A DNA stretch of 64,000 bases from a candidate division WOR-3 bacterium (lineage in GTDB: Bacteria > Hydrothermota > Tepidihabitantia > Tepidihabitantales > Tepidihabitantaceae): contig CBFGIT010000016.1 of assembly GCA_965648905.1 (NCBI GenBank), forward strand, positions 2,281 through 66,280. The letters run 5' to 3'. The notes beneath the pieces were generated by a model. It did no database searches, was not told the origin of the DNA, and was given only the letters and a program-made list of their open reading frames with translations. The position numbers were made by a program, and so were the translations under genes. This document shows, piece after piece, positions 1 to 8,694 of this stretch (positions are counted from its first letter, which is position 1; each line of letters opens with the position of its first letter).

Positions 1-684
1 GTCTGGTCCGGTTCGAGCAACGGCTGCCTGGGCCGGTTCGTGAACCGGGACGGCATGCCTGAAGGCGACGTGGTCAGAATCGCCTCTGGTACTGCGAGCG
101 GCCCGAACCTCGCGTTTGGCGACTCATGCTACCTGGTGGCATGGTTCACCGGCACCTATCCTGCGCTCGAGCTCTATGCCAGCCTCGTGTCCCGGACCGG
201 CGAGCTGCTGGTCAGCATTATCCCGATTGCGCTCGGGCCGGACTGCCACCGCTGGGCCGACGCTGCCTATGACGGCGAGAACTTCCTCGTGGTCTGGCAG
301 ACCGGACTCAACAACGTGGCCACGACCATCTTTGGCCAGTTCGTCGGCGATGACGGCGTGCCCATCGGCACCGCTTTCCCCATCAACGGCACCGAGCCGC
401 AGCAGCGCTGGTGGCCGGCCATCGCGGTTTCAGACTCCAACTTCCTCGTCGCGTGGGAGCAGGGCTCAAGCCGCGATGTCTGGGGCAATGTCGACATCAT
501 GCTGACCAGCGTAGCCGAACAGCCCGCGGGTTCGCCGCGCGCAACCAGCAGCCCGACCGTGGTTTCACGCCCATTGAACTCGCGCGTGCTCTATGATGCG
601 CTCGGCCGCCGCGTCACCAGCGCAATCAAGCCCGGTGTCTACTTCTCCCCTGCCGCACGCGGCAAGCTGCTGGTCACTCACTAA
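1..684 (+). CDS. Secreted protein, C-terminal part, with T9SS-like C-terminal sorting domain (probably 5'-truncated by window edge)
   Basis: Frame is open from the window start. Repeated 'YLVAW/FLVVW/FLVAW' beta-strand units; C-terminus 'VLYDALGRRV...PGVYF...KLLV' resembles a T9SS type A CTD. Confidence 0.7.
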   Translation, partial: VWSGSSNGCLGRFVNRDGMPEGDVVRIASGTASGPNLAFGDSCYLVAWFTGTYPALELYASLVSRTGELLVSIIPIALGPDCHRWADAAYDGENFLVVWQTGLNNVATTIFGQFVGDDGVPIGTAFPINGTEPQQRWWPAIAVSDSNFLVAWEQGSSRDVWGNVDIMLTSVAEQPAGSPRATSSPTVVSRPLNSRVLYDALGRRVTSAIKPGVYFSPAARGKLLVTH

Positions 685-709
685 CACTCTGCCTGCCAAG
701 GGCAGGGCT

Positions 710-738
710 TTGACAACCGCAGCCAACGTGCGTAAGCT
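710..738 (+). promoter_or_regulatory. sigma70-type promoter, leaderless (TTGACA-17-TAAGCT, ATG 6 nt downstream)
   Basis: TTGACA 710-715, TAAGCT 733-738, ATG at 745, no Shine-Dalgarno. Confidence 0.65.
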
Positions 739-744
739 GATGGC

Positions 745-1962
745 ATGATGCTTGACCGAGGCCTGCTCGACTGGGTCGTCGCCCAGCGCCGCTGGTTTCA
801 CCAGCACCCTGAACCCGGTTTCGGCGAGTTCAAGACCCAGGAGCGCATCCTCAGCCTGCTCAAGGACATGGGTATCGAGAGCCGAAAGGCCGCCTCGACC
901 GGCGTCATCGCGACAATAAGAGGTGCAGAGCCCGGCCCCTGTATCGCCTTGCGTGCGGACATGGACGCCCTGCGCATCACTGAGCCTGAAACCGCGCTCA
1001 ATCGCGCGTACCGCTCAGAGAACCCTGAGTACATGCACGCCTGCGGTCATGACGGCCACATGGCCATGGTGCTCGGCGCAGCCCGCCTGCTCCAGAAGCA
1101 CCGCACCGAGTTCGCCGGTAGCGTGCGTCTCATCTTCCAGCCCTCAGAAGAAACCCTGCCTGGCGGCGCAGTCCGCATCATCGCCGAAGGCGGTCTGGAC
1201 AAAGTGGACGGCTTCTTCTGCATCCACCTGCTCGGCCGGGCTACGCTCGGTGAGTTCCGGTTCCGCTCCGGCCCATTCATGGCGCACACCTGCGACTTCA
1301 ACCTGACCGTCACCGGCAAAGGCGGACACCACATGTCTCCGCAGAAGAACATCGACCCGATTGCCCTTGCCGCCCGCTTTGTGAGCACAATTCAGACCGA
1401 CATCAAGGCCCGCGTCGCGCCGGACAAGCCCTGGGTCTTAGGATTCGGCACACTCCACGCCGGCACCCAGTTCAACCAGACCCCGGAACAGGTCACATCA
1501 ACCGGCAGCTTCCGCGCTTTCGAGACCGAAGTCACGGACATCATTGAGCAGACCATGCGCCAGAATCTCAATGGTCTGGTCGAGCAGTTCCGGAACCCCG
1601 AAGCCGGAGCTGAGCCGCGTTACGAGCTTGCGGTGAAGCACGGCTACCCGGTGCTTTCAAACCACCCGAGCTTCACCCGCCGGGCCGCCCAGCTACTGCG
1701 CTCTGAGTTCACGAACGTCGTCGACAACTGCGACCTGAACCTCGGCGCTGAGGACGTCGCCTACTACCTCCAGCAGGTACCCGGCATGTTCACCTTCCTC
1801 GGTGCTTCCAACCCGGCTCTGGGCATCACCGAGATGAACCACTCCAACCGGTTCGACATCGACGAAGCCGCACTTGGCGTCGGCGTCCACGCCTACGTTA
1901 CGCTGACGCTCGACTTCCTCGCCCACAAGTCAAGCTACACCGAGAACAGAAAGGATGACTAG
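745..1962 (+). CDS. M20D family amidohydrolase
   Basis: Motifs 'HQHPE', 'ALRADMDAL', 'MHACGHDGH', 'FQPSEE', 'GKGGH', 'GAED', 'HSNRFDIDE'. Confidence 0.93.
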   Translation: MMLDRGLLDWVVAQRRWFHQHPEPGFGEFKTQERILSLLKDMGIESRKAASTGVIATIRGAEPGPCIALRADMDALRITEPETALNRAYRSENPEYMHACGHDGHMAMVLGAARLLQKHRTEFAGSVRLIFQPSEETLPGGAVRIIAEGGLDKVDGFFCIHLLGRATLGEFRFRSGPFMAHTCDFNLTVTGKGGHHMSPQKNIDPIALAARFVSTIQTDIKARVAPDKPWVLGFGTLHAGTQFNQTPEQVTSTGSFRAFETEVTDIIEQTMRQNLNGLVEQFRNPEAGAEPRYELAVKHGYPVLSNHPSFTRRAAQLLRSEFTNVVDNCDLNLGAEDVAYYLQQVPGMFTFLGASNPALGITEMNHSNRFDIDEAALGVGVHAYVTLTLDFLAHKSSYTENRKDD

Positions 1963-1964
1963 AA

Positions 1965-2810
1965 ATGAGACTGTGCATGATTGTCCTGCTGACCGGGGCC
2001 GCGCTGGTGCCGGCCCATGCCACCTGGCTCAACAACCCGGACAACAACTACGAGTTCCGCGGCGGCGTTGAGCTCGGCTTTTTCGGCTTCTTCTCGAACC
2101 GCATCCAGTTCGGCCGGGGCGACTCCGGCACCCGGTTCGACTACGTGGACGAAGGCAAGGCCAATATTCTGTTCCCGTTCCGCCGCCTCTCGGCAGAACT
2201 GCACCTCAAGCCCCGCCACACCTTTGTCTTCCTGATTCAGCCCATTGACGTCCGCACCCAGGCCACATTGCGCCAGAACCTGGTGCTCGACGCAGACACC
2301 TTCCCGGCCGGCACGCCCATGAACCTGCGCTACGGGTTCGACTTCTATCGGGTGAGCTGGCAGTACGACCTATGGCCTGACCCGGAGCGCGAGCTGGCCC
2401 TCGGCCTGTCGCTCCAACTCCGCGACGCGGCCATCGTCTTCTCCAGCCAGGACGGCAAGATGTCGCGCACCTACACCGACGTCGGCCCAGTGCCGGTCCT
2501 CCGCGTGCGCACCCGGTTCCCATTGGGCAGCTCAAGCTGGCTCGGCCTTGAGGCCGACGGATTCTACGCCCAGGGCACGGTCGTCACCGGCAGCACCAAT
2601 GTCGAAAGCAGCTTCAAAGGCGCAATTCTCGACGCCTCAGCCCGCTACGGCATGTCCTTCAATGACTGGCTCGATGGATTTCTGAACCTGCGCTACCTTG
2701 GTGGCGGCGCGAGCGGCGGCCAGCTCGACCCGGAAAACCCGGACTCGGGCGGCTACACGGACAACTGGCTCGGTGCCTTCTCGGTCGGCCTCGGCTTCTA
2801 CCTTAAGTAG
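1965..2810 (+). CDS. Exported protein, probable outer-membrane beta-barrel
   Basis: Signal peptide, alternating aromatic/hydrophobic strands, C-terminal 'SVGLGFYLK'. Confidence 0.65.
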   Translation: MRLCMIVLLTGAALVPAHATWLNNPDNNYEFRGGVELGFFGFFSNRIQFGRGDSGTRFDYVDEGKANILFPFRRLSAELHLKPRHTFVFLIQPIDVRTQATLRQNLVLDADTFPAGTPMNLRYGFDFYRVSWQYDLWPDPERELALGLSLQLRDAAIVFSSQDGKMSRTYTDVGPVPVLRVRTRFPLGSSSWLGLEADGFYAQGTVVTGSTNVESSFKGAILDASARYGMSFNDWLDGFLNLRYLGGGASGGQLDPENPDSGGYTDNWLGAFSVGLGFYLK

Positions 2811-2822
2811 CCGGCGGCCGGG

Positions 2823-3176
2823 CTAGTACTCCGGCACCGGGTCCAAGAACGCCTGGAACTCAACTGCCCGGCCTTCCGGGTCTTGGGCAAAGAAGTGGTA
2901 GATGCGGTATTTCTCGTTCGTCTTCGGCTCGGCCTCGGCCACGTCGCGCATCAGCCGGTGCATCCGGTCCACGTCTGAACTTTCCGGGTAAACGAGCGTT
3001 ACCATGCCCTGCGTGTCTGCCGTCTCCCGCTGGCAGAACCCCAAGAGCATGTTCCCGTACTTCAGGATGGTGCAGTCTGCCTGTTCGAGCCAGACCGTCA
3101 TGCCTACCCGCTCGCGGTAGAAGCGCAGCACTTCCTCGTACCGCCGCGTCTTCAGGAAGACGATGCCGGACAACAC
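2823..3176 (-). CDS. VOC/glyoxalase family protein
   Basis: 'FYRERVGM' and 'FFAQDPEGRAVEF' VOC motifs, 117 aa. Confidence 0.85.
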   Translation of the reverse strand: MLSGIVFLKTRRYEEVLRFYRERVGMTVWLEQADCTILKYGNMLLGFCQRETADTQGMVTLVYPESSDVDRMHRLMRDVAEAEPKTNEKYRIYHFFAQDPEGRAVEFQAFLDPVPEY

Positions 3177-3185
3177 AACCCGGGC

Positions 3186-4643
3186 TCAGCTCGGACGCCT
3201 GTCGCCCGGCCCGAACGCGGCTGCAATGGTCGCCTCATCCGGCGGCTTCGTGGCCAGACTGACCGCAAGAATCAGCAGGAGTGCGATGCCCATGCCCGGG
3301 ATGAACCCATGCACGCCGAACGGGTTCTTGAATGCCATCCAGACAAGGGCCGTGACGCAGCCACCGACCATAGCGCAGACCACTCCGGGCCGCGTTGCGC
3401 GACGCCAGTACAGGCCGAGCACATAAGGCCACAGAGTGGTTGAGGCGATAACCGCCCATGAGAACGCAGTGATGACGAGAATCATCGCCGGCGGCTTCAG
3501 GGCGACCGCGACCGCAGCCAGTCCGATGACCACCGAGGCCAGCCGTGACAAGACCACCTCGGTCTTGGGTTCGAGTCTTGTCCTGAAGCTGTCGCGCAAC
3601 AGGTCCTTGACCAGCGAGCTGACCGAAACAATCAGCACCGCGGCAAAGGTGGACATGCCTGCGGCAATCACCGCAGCGAGAAAAAGCGCCGACGCCCAGG
3701 CCGGCATCGTTGCCTTTACAAGACTAGGAATCGCCTTGTCCGCGGCCGGCAGGTTCGGGAACAGCAGCCGGGTCAGGGCACCGCTGAAGTACGGCAGCAG
3801 GGCGACAGTGCCGCCGACCGTCGCCACGACCGTGCCGAGCCTCAGTACCTTGACGCTCTTGATGGAGTAGAATCTCGTGACAAGCTGAGGCATGCCCCAG
3901 ACGCCGAAACTGACAATCATCGAGTAGGAGACAAGCCCGGGCCAGCCCCAGATGCCTGGAGTCTGGAGGTACCTGCCGCTCTCGATTTCCCCAAGCCGCT
4001 GGAACACTGCGCCGAGGCTGCCGACCCGCGCGACTGCAAGCACAACCAAAAGCACGAGCCCGGCAATCATGATTATCCCCTGTGCGAAACCGGTCCAGAC
4101 CACGGCCACATATCCGCCCAGAGCGACGTAGACTACAATGATGAGCGCCGACAGCAGCACGCCATAGGCATAGGGCAGGTCCACGAGCACCTCGAATGAG
4201 CGCCCCATGCCCTGGATTACCGACACACTGTAGATGATAAGAAAGACCGTAACCACCAAGGCCGATATCAGCCGTGCCTCGGGCGCGTTGTACCGCCGGG
4301 CCAGAAAGCCCGGCATCGTTATCGTGTCCAGCCGACCGGTCATTGCCCGTGTCCGGGCCCCGAGCACAATCCACGCCAGCAGCGTGCCCACCACGACATT
4401 GGTCGCACCGACCCAGAGCGTGGCCATGCCGTATTTGTACCCGAAACCACCGCCGCCAATGATGACCACTGAGCTATAGTACGCCGCCACGAACGAGAAC
4501 GCGGTCACCCACGGCCCGATGGAACGCGAGCCAAGGTGAAAACCCTCGGCCGAATGTGCTCGCCGCCGCGACAGAAGCCCGATGACAAAAAGCAGCGCAA
4601 GGTACGCGACGAGGACGGTGAAATGGACGGCGAGGGAACTCAG
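3186..4643 (-). CDS. Sodium:solute symporter (SSS family, PanF/PutP-like); probable CTG start at 4643
   Basis: Multiple TM helices, 'GMPQLVTRFY', 'AAGMST'. The frame extends 45 codons upstream of the ORF-track start (SSLAVHFTVLVAYLALLFVIGLLSRRRAHSAEGFHLGSRSIGPW = typical SSS TM1), with GGAGGA 5 nt before CTG. Confidence 0.88.
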   Translation of the reverse strand: MSSLAVHFTVLVAYLALLFVIGLLSRRRAHSAEGFHLGSRSIGPWVTAFSFVAAYYSSVVIIGGGGFGYKYGMATLWVGATNVVVGTLLAWIVLGARTRAMTGRLDTITMPGFLARRYNAPEARLISALVVTVFLIIYSVSVIQGMGRSFEVLVDLPYAYGVLLSALIIVVYVALGGYVAVVWTGFAQGIIMIAGLVLLVVLAVARVGSLGAVFQRLGEIESGRYLQTPGIWGWPGLVSYSMIVSFGVWGMPQLVTRFYSIKSVKVLRLGTVVATVGGTVALLPYFSGALTRLLFPNLPAADKAIPSLVKATMPAWASALFLAAVIAAGMSTFAAVLIVSVSSLVKDLLRDSFRTRLEPKTEVVLSRLASVVIGLAAVAVALKPPAMILVITAFSWAVIASTTLWPYVLGLYWRRATRPGVVCAMVGGCVTALVWMAFKNPFGVHGFIPGMGIALLLILAVSLATKPPDEATIAAAFGPGDRRPS

Positions 4644-4644
4644 G

Positions 4645-4755
4645 TTAATCCTCCAATTTCACGAGCGCTGCCCACACCACCGCGGCAACCGCGGCAAGCA
4701 CCACCGCGATGACCGCGGCGAACGTTGGCCAGGGGCAGCCGAGAGGGCCGTTCAC
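4645..4755 (-). CDS. 36-aa single-TM small protein, probable symporter accessory subunit
   Basis: GTG...TAA gives MNGPLGCPWPTFAAVIAVVLAAVAAVVWAALVKLED; lies between the promoter and the symporter; its 3' end carries the symporter SD. Confidence 0.7.
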   Translation of the reverse strand: MNGPLGCPWPTFAAVIAVVLAAVAAVVWAALVKLED

Positions 4756-4761
4756 GGTCGA

Positions 4762-4789
4762 ATCATAGCCCGCACCCCGCACCTGTCAA
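4762..4789 (-). promoter_or_regulatory. sigma70-type promoter, leaderless (TTGACA-16-TATGAT, GTG 6 nt downstream)
   Basis: Reverse strand reads ttgaca ggtgcggggtgcgggc tatgat tcgacc GTG. Confidence 0.7.
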
Positions 4790-5239
4790 CTGGAGCAGAC
4801 TCGCATTGTACCCGGCATCCCGCCTGGCATATCTGCAGTCCTGCCGAGCGCAGCCACCGGTGAGCCTTCGCAGACCACGAACAGGCTGAACTCACCACTG
4901 TTCGACGTTCTGCTCCGGCAGACGTCTAACCATATGCCGTTCGTCTTGCTCACCGGCTCGTCTGGGCAAATCGCGCTGTGAGCAACAACACACCTGCAGG
5001 AGCGCTTCCCGCCACGAGCGCCTTCTCCTGCGGCAAGGCGAGCGGATACCAGCCTGCTGTCCGGCCTGCTCTCGAGAGCGACTGGGGGAGTCACTCCCCC
5101 CTCCAGTTCGCCTTTCAGACCCTCATGGAAAAGCAGCAAGATAAGATACGCATCTGCCAAAGATAGCCTGACGCCAGGCGATGCGGGTCAGGACATCCGG
5201 GGCCGCTTCGACCGCACCCCGCCAGGTCGCACCGGACGG

Positions 5240-6154
5240 TCAGAGCATCCCCAGCAGCTTCTCGACCTTGCTGATGGCGGCGAGTTCCTTAGTCCTGAGG
5301 TCGGCGAGGATGCGGGCCTTTTCGCCCGGCTGCATCTCCTTGTCTGCGACCTTGGCGAGCAAGGCGGCAATCTCCTTGTAGGCCCTGGAAAGCTCGAACG
5401 CGGGTCCGGCCACGCGGACGAGCTTCTGCCCTATCTCGGTGAAATAGTCGGCGGCCATGGCCCGGCACTCTGACCAGACCGTCGCGTTCCACCAGTTGCC
5501 GTGCGAACCACCGTGCCCGGCCCCCACCGCTCTGGCCCAGTTGTCGTAGGCTTTGGGTCCGATGCCGTACCGCGTGAAGCTGTGCTGCTCAGGATGCCTG
5601 AACAGGTCGACCGCATATGCGAGGCTTTCGCGCACGACCGTGGCATCGTCCTGAGGCGCGAGCTTCTTGAACGTCCAGAAAGTCGCATGACACTCGTCCT
5701 TGAACTCCTGCCACGTGCCAAAGGTCAGGGTTGCAGGCGGGAACCCATCGCAGCAGTCACCCCAGGGCCGGGCAGTGAAGAACTGCTTGTCGTCATACCC
5801 GTAGATGACCTGGTTCTCCATGTTCCCGAGCGCGCAGGGCTGGCCCTTGTCCAGGTGCGCCTTGAGCTTCTCCTCGACTTCAGCCCGCGCCTCGGGACTC
5901 GAACTCCCATCAAAGAACCCGAGGTCAATCATGTCGAGACCGAGGTTCCGCACCAGCTTGTAGAACGGCTCGTACTTCCAGCAGTACGGCCCGCTCGGGC
6001 ATATCTCCTCGTGGACATTGATGAGGAACGCGTGGCCTGAACCGCCAAAGGCCCAGGCCGCGTTCATCTCGATTCCGTAGTAGTCCAGCACCGCCTTCAC
6101 TACGCCCATCATGGTCGTGTTCAGGCGAGACTGCTTCAGGTTCTCAATCTTCAT
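5240..6154 (-). CDS. Hypothetical protein (possible BtrH-N/papain-like fold)
   Basis: 304-aa ORF with AGGAG SD and coding-like codon usage; 'LDYYG...FGGSGHAF', 'VIYGYDD', 'GPKAYDNW'. Confidence 0.7.
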   Translation of the reverse strand: MKIENLKQSRLNTTMMGVVKAVLDYYGIEMNAAWAFGGSGHAFLINVHEEICPSGPYCWKYEPFYKLVRNLGLDMIDLGFFDGSSSPEARAEVEEKLKAHLDKGQPCALGNMENQVIYGYDDKQFFTARPWGDCCDGFPPATLTFGTWQEFKDECHATFWTFKKLAPQDDATVVRESLAYAVDLFRHPEQHSFTRYGIGPKAYDNWARAVGAGHGGSHGNWWNATVWSECRAMAADYFTEIGQKLVRVAGPAFELSRAYKEIAALLAKVADKEMQPGEKARILADLRTKELAAISKVEKLLGML

Positions 6155-6228
6155 GGCATCTCCTCTGCACCAGCCGGTTCGGCTCTTGCTTCATCCAACG
6201 CAACGGCCGACTTTCGCCCGAGTCACCC

Positions 6229-8025
6229 CTACCCAAGCAGCCCGCCCTTGCGATAGATGTCAAGCTGGGCCTTGGGGAACGGCCGGCCCTGAACCGTCCT
6301 GCCTTCAGACAGAGTGATGAGACCGGTTTCGATGTTGGCCGTGATGGTATCGCCATCCTTCAGACCCGTGCCTCTCAGGTCCGCAACCATCACCGGCAAC
6401 GCAGCGTTGACCGCATTGCGGAAGTAGATGGCGCCGAACGAACGTGCGATAATCAGACCGATACCCAGGCTCTTGAAGCAGTCAACCGCCTGTTGCCGCG
6501 AGGACCCGGCGCCGAAGTTCTCGCCCGTGACCACGACGTCACCGGGCCTTGCCTTCTTAGCGAAGTCCTCCCAGCCCTTCATATTGCCGAAAGTGTACTG
6601 GCCCATTTCCTTCACTTCGGTAATGGTCAAGTGGCGGTTATGAAAAATCATGTCGGTATCGATGTTGTCCCTGTCCACAACCCAGACCCGACCGGATATC
6701 TCTGACCGGGTGCTGGTTGGGGACAATCGGCTTAGGGTCGGCGTGGCCTCGGCCTTGCCCGGACTGAACACCGCAGGTGCGGAAGGAATCTTGTCCGCAG
6801 TGGCGATGACACCGGCAACGGCTGAGGCTGCGGCTGTGGCGGGCGAACAGAGCCAGACCTCGCCTTTGCCCTGTTTGCCTGCGAAGTTGCGGTTGCCGGT
6901 TGAGACTGTTACCTCGCCCGGCCCGTTCTGGCCAATCTGCCCGGCAGCGCAGCCCGCACACCCGGCATTTCCAATCATCGCGCCCGCGTTCTTCAGAATC
7001 TCGAACAACCCCTCGTAGAGACACTTCTGCCACAGTTCGTCCGTGGCGGGCACAACCTTCAGCACGACCCCGGGCGCAACCTGCCTGCCTTTCAGTATCG
7101 TGGCAACAACCCGCAGGTCTTCCATCCGGCCGTTCGTGCACGAGCCGATGAATGCCGAGTCAATCTTGCGGCTCGCAACATCTGTCACCGGCACCACGTC
7201 TTCCGGATGCCCGGGCCGGGAGATGAGTGGTTTGAGCTCGGTCAGGTCAATCCGTTCAACCCGCTGATAGGCTGCGTCCTTGTCTGCGTACACCGCGTGT
7301 ATCGGCCGCTTGCTCCGCTCGGCCAGATAGTCGAGCACCGGCTTGCTGGGCGGAAACAGGATGACAATCGCGCCCATCTCCGTGCCGAGTGAAGCAACCG
7401 TGATACGGCCATCAAGACTCAGGTTGTCAGCATACTCGCCGTCGACTTCCGCCGCCATGCCCAACAGCCCGTTCGCGCCAAAGTGCCGGAGCAGGGCAAG
7501 ACCAACGTCCTTGGCCGTGACTGTCGGCCCGGGTCTGCCCACCAGCTCAATGCGCACGGTTGGAGGAACTTCGAACCATACCTTACCGTAGGCCCAGGCA
7601 TGAGCAATGTCCTGGTCGCCCATCCCCTGCCCGAACGCTCCGATTGCACCGAGAATGTTGGCATGAGAATCGGTTGAGACGAACGTCTCGCCCGGCCCGA
7701 CCAGACCTTCGTCAATCGCCAGGTGAGTACCTATCCCTGAATCGATATCGAAGACCCTGATGCCGTGGTTTCGGGCAAAGACCCGGCAGACCTGCTGGTT
7801 TGCGGCGTACTTCTGGTCTGAGCCGGTCGGGTTGCAGTCAAAGGTGAAGAAAGTCCGCTTCGGGTCGGCCACGCTCAGACCGTGCTCTTCGATTGCTTTG
7901 ACGACATTAGCTCCGCCGAAGTCGCGTGCCACCCGGGCATCAATCTCCAGCTCGACGATATCGCCTGGCTGGACCGAACCGCCGCCTGAATGGGCCGCGA
8001 TTATCTTCTCAATCATGGTTGGCAT
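6229..8025 (-). CDS. Fused large+small subunit isopropylmalate dehydratase/homoaconitase-family [4Fe-4S] hydro-lyase
   Basis: 'TMIEKII', 'TDSH', 'IGSCTNG', 'GCAGC', 'STGNRNF', then swivel domain 'DNIDTD', 'GENFGAGSSR', 'ARSFGAIYFRNAVN'; SD AGGAGG before ATG 8025. Confidence 0.92.
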   Translation of the reverse strand: MPTMIEKIIAAHSGGGSVQPGDIVELEIDARVARDFGGANVVKAIEEHGLSVADPKRTFFTFDCNPTGSDQKYAANQQVCRVFARNHGIRVFDIDSGIGTHLAIDEGLVGPGETFVSTDSHANILGAIGAFGQGMGDQDIAHAWAYGKVWFEVPPTVRIELVGRPGPTVTAKDVGLALLRHFGANGLLGMAAEVDGEYADNLSLDGRITVASLGTEMGAIVILFPPSKPVLDYLAERSKRPIHAVYADKDAAYQRVERIDLTELKPLISRPGHPEDVVPVTDVASRKIDSAFIGSCTNGRMEDLRVVATILKGRQVAPGVVLKVVPATDELWQKCLYEGLFEILKNAGAMIGNAGCAGCAAGQIGQNGPGEVTVSTGNRNFAGKQGKGEVWLCSPATAAASAVAGVIATADKIPSAPAVFSPGKAEATPTLSRLSPTSTRSEISGRVWVVDRDNIDTDMIFHNRHLTITEVKEMGQYTFGNMKGWEDFAKKARPGDVVVTGENFGAGSSRQQAVDCFKSLGIGLIIARSFGAIYFRNAVNAALPVMVADLRGTGLKDGDTITANIETGLITLSEGRTVQGRPFPKAQLDIYRKGGLLG

Positions 8026-8111
8026 TCCCGTCCTCCTGTCAATTCGGGGGCGCCTCAAAGGGCCACCGCAAGAATGTCATCGCCCTTGGCCGTCTCACCC
8101 CGGGACCCCGC

Positions 8112-8693
8112 CTACTGGATGAGCTGGCCTTTTTCGAGCATCACCAGTGGGTCGAAAGTGGCGAAGTCCGCCTGATGAATGAGCACGGTCTCCACTACCT
8201 TGGGCGCACCTTCGCCTTCTTTGGCATGGCAGGCGATGATGTTGACGATATCCTCAGGCATCCCCACCCGGGCCGCGACAATCGCCCCGGAAATCGGATG
8301 CCGGGCGTACATGCCGCGCCTGGACTTGCGGTACCCGCCCTGCCCGTCCTTCTCGGTTTCGAGCAGCTTCCCGACGTCATGCAGCAGGCCGCCGGCAATC
8401 AGCCGGTCCATGTCGATCTTGTACGGCATTGCCGAGTACGCACCCATCTGGGCGTCGGCCAGCGCCAGCGCACCCTCGGTCACCGCAATCGTGTGCTCAA
8501 TCAGACTGACGCCGTGGGTCCTGGTCAGAAGCGTGAACGGCATCTTCTCCAGTTCCTCGACCGTTTCCCAGCCGCCCTGACGCGCGGCCTCGACCCAGAC
8601 CTTAACGGTCTTGTCACGTATCTCCTGGCTCTCGATCGAAGCAAGCTGGTCGTGAAACAGCTCCTCAATGTCCTTGTCGGCAATCACGTTCAC
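8112..8693 (-). CDS. HD-domain (HDIG) metal-dependent phosphohydrolase
   Basis: 'EHTIAV', 'LLHDVGK', 'RHPISGA', 'ACH', 'HQADF'; start approximate. Confidence 0.85.
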   Translation of the reverse strand: MNVIADKDIEELFHDQLASIESQEIRDKTVKVWVEAARQGGWETVEELEKMPFTLLTRTHGVSLIEHTIAVTEGALALADAQMGAYSAMPYKIDMDRLIAGGLLHDVGKLLETEKDGQGGYRKSRRGMYARHPISGAIVAARVGMPEDIVNIIACHAKEGEGAPKVVETVLIHQADFATFDPLVMLEKGQLIQ

Positions 8694-8694
8694 C

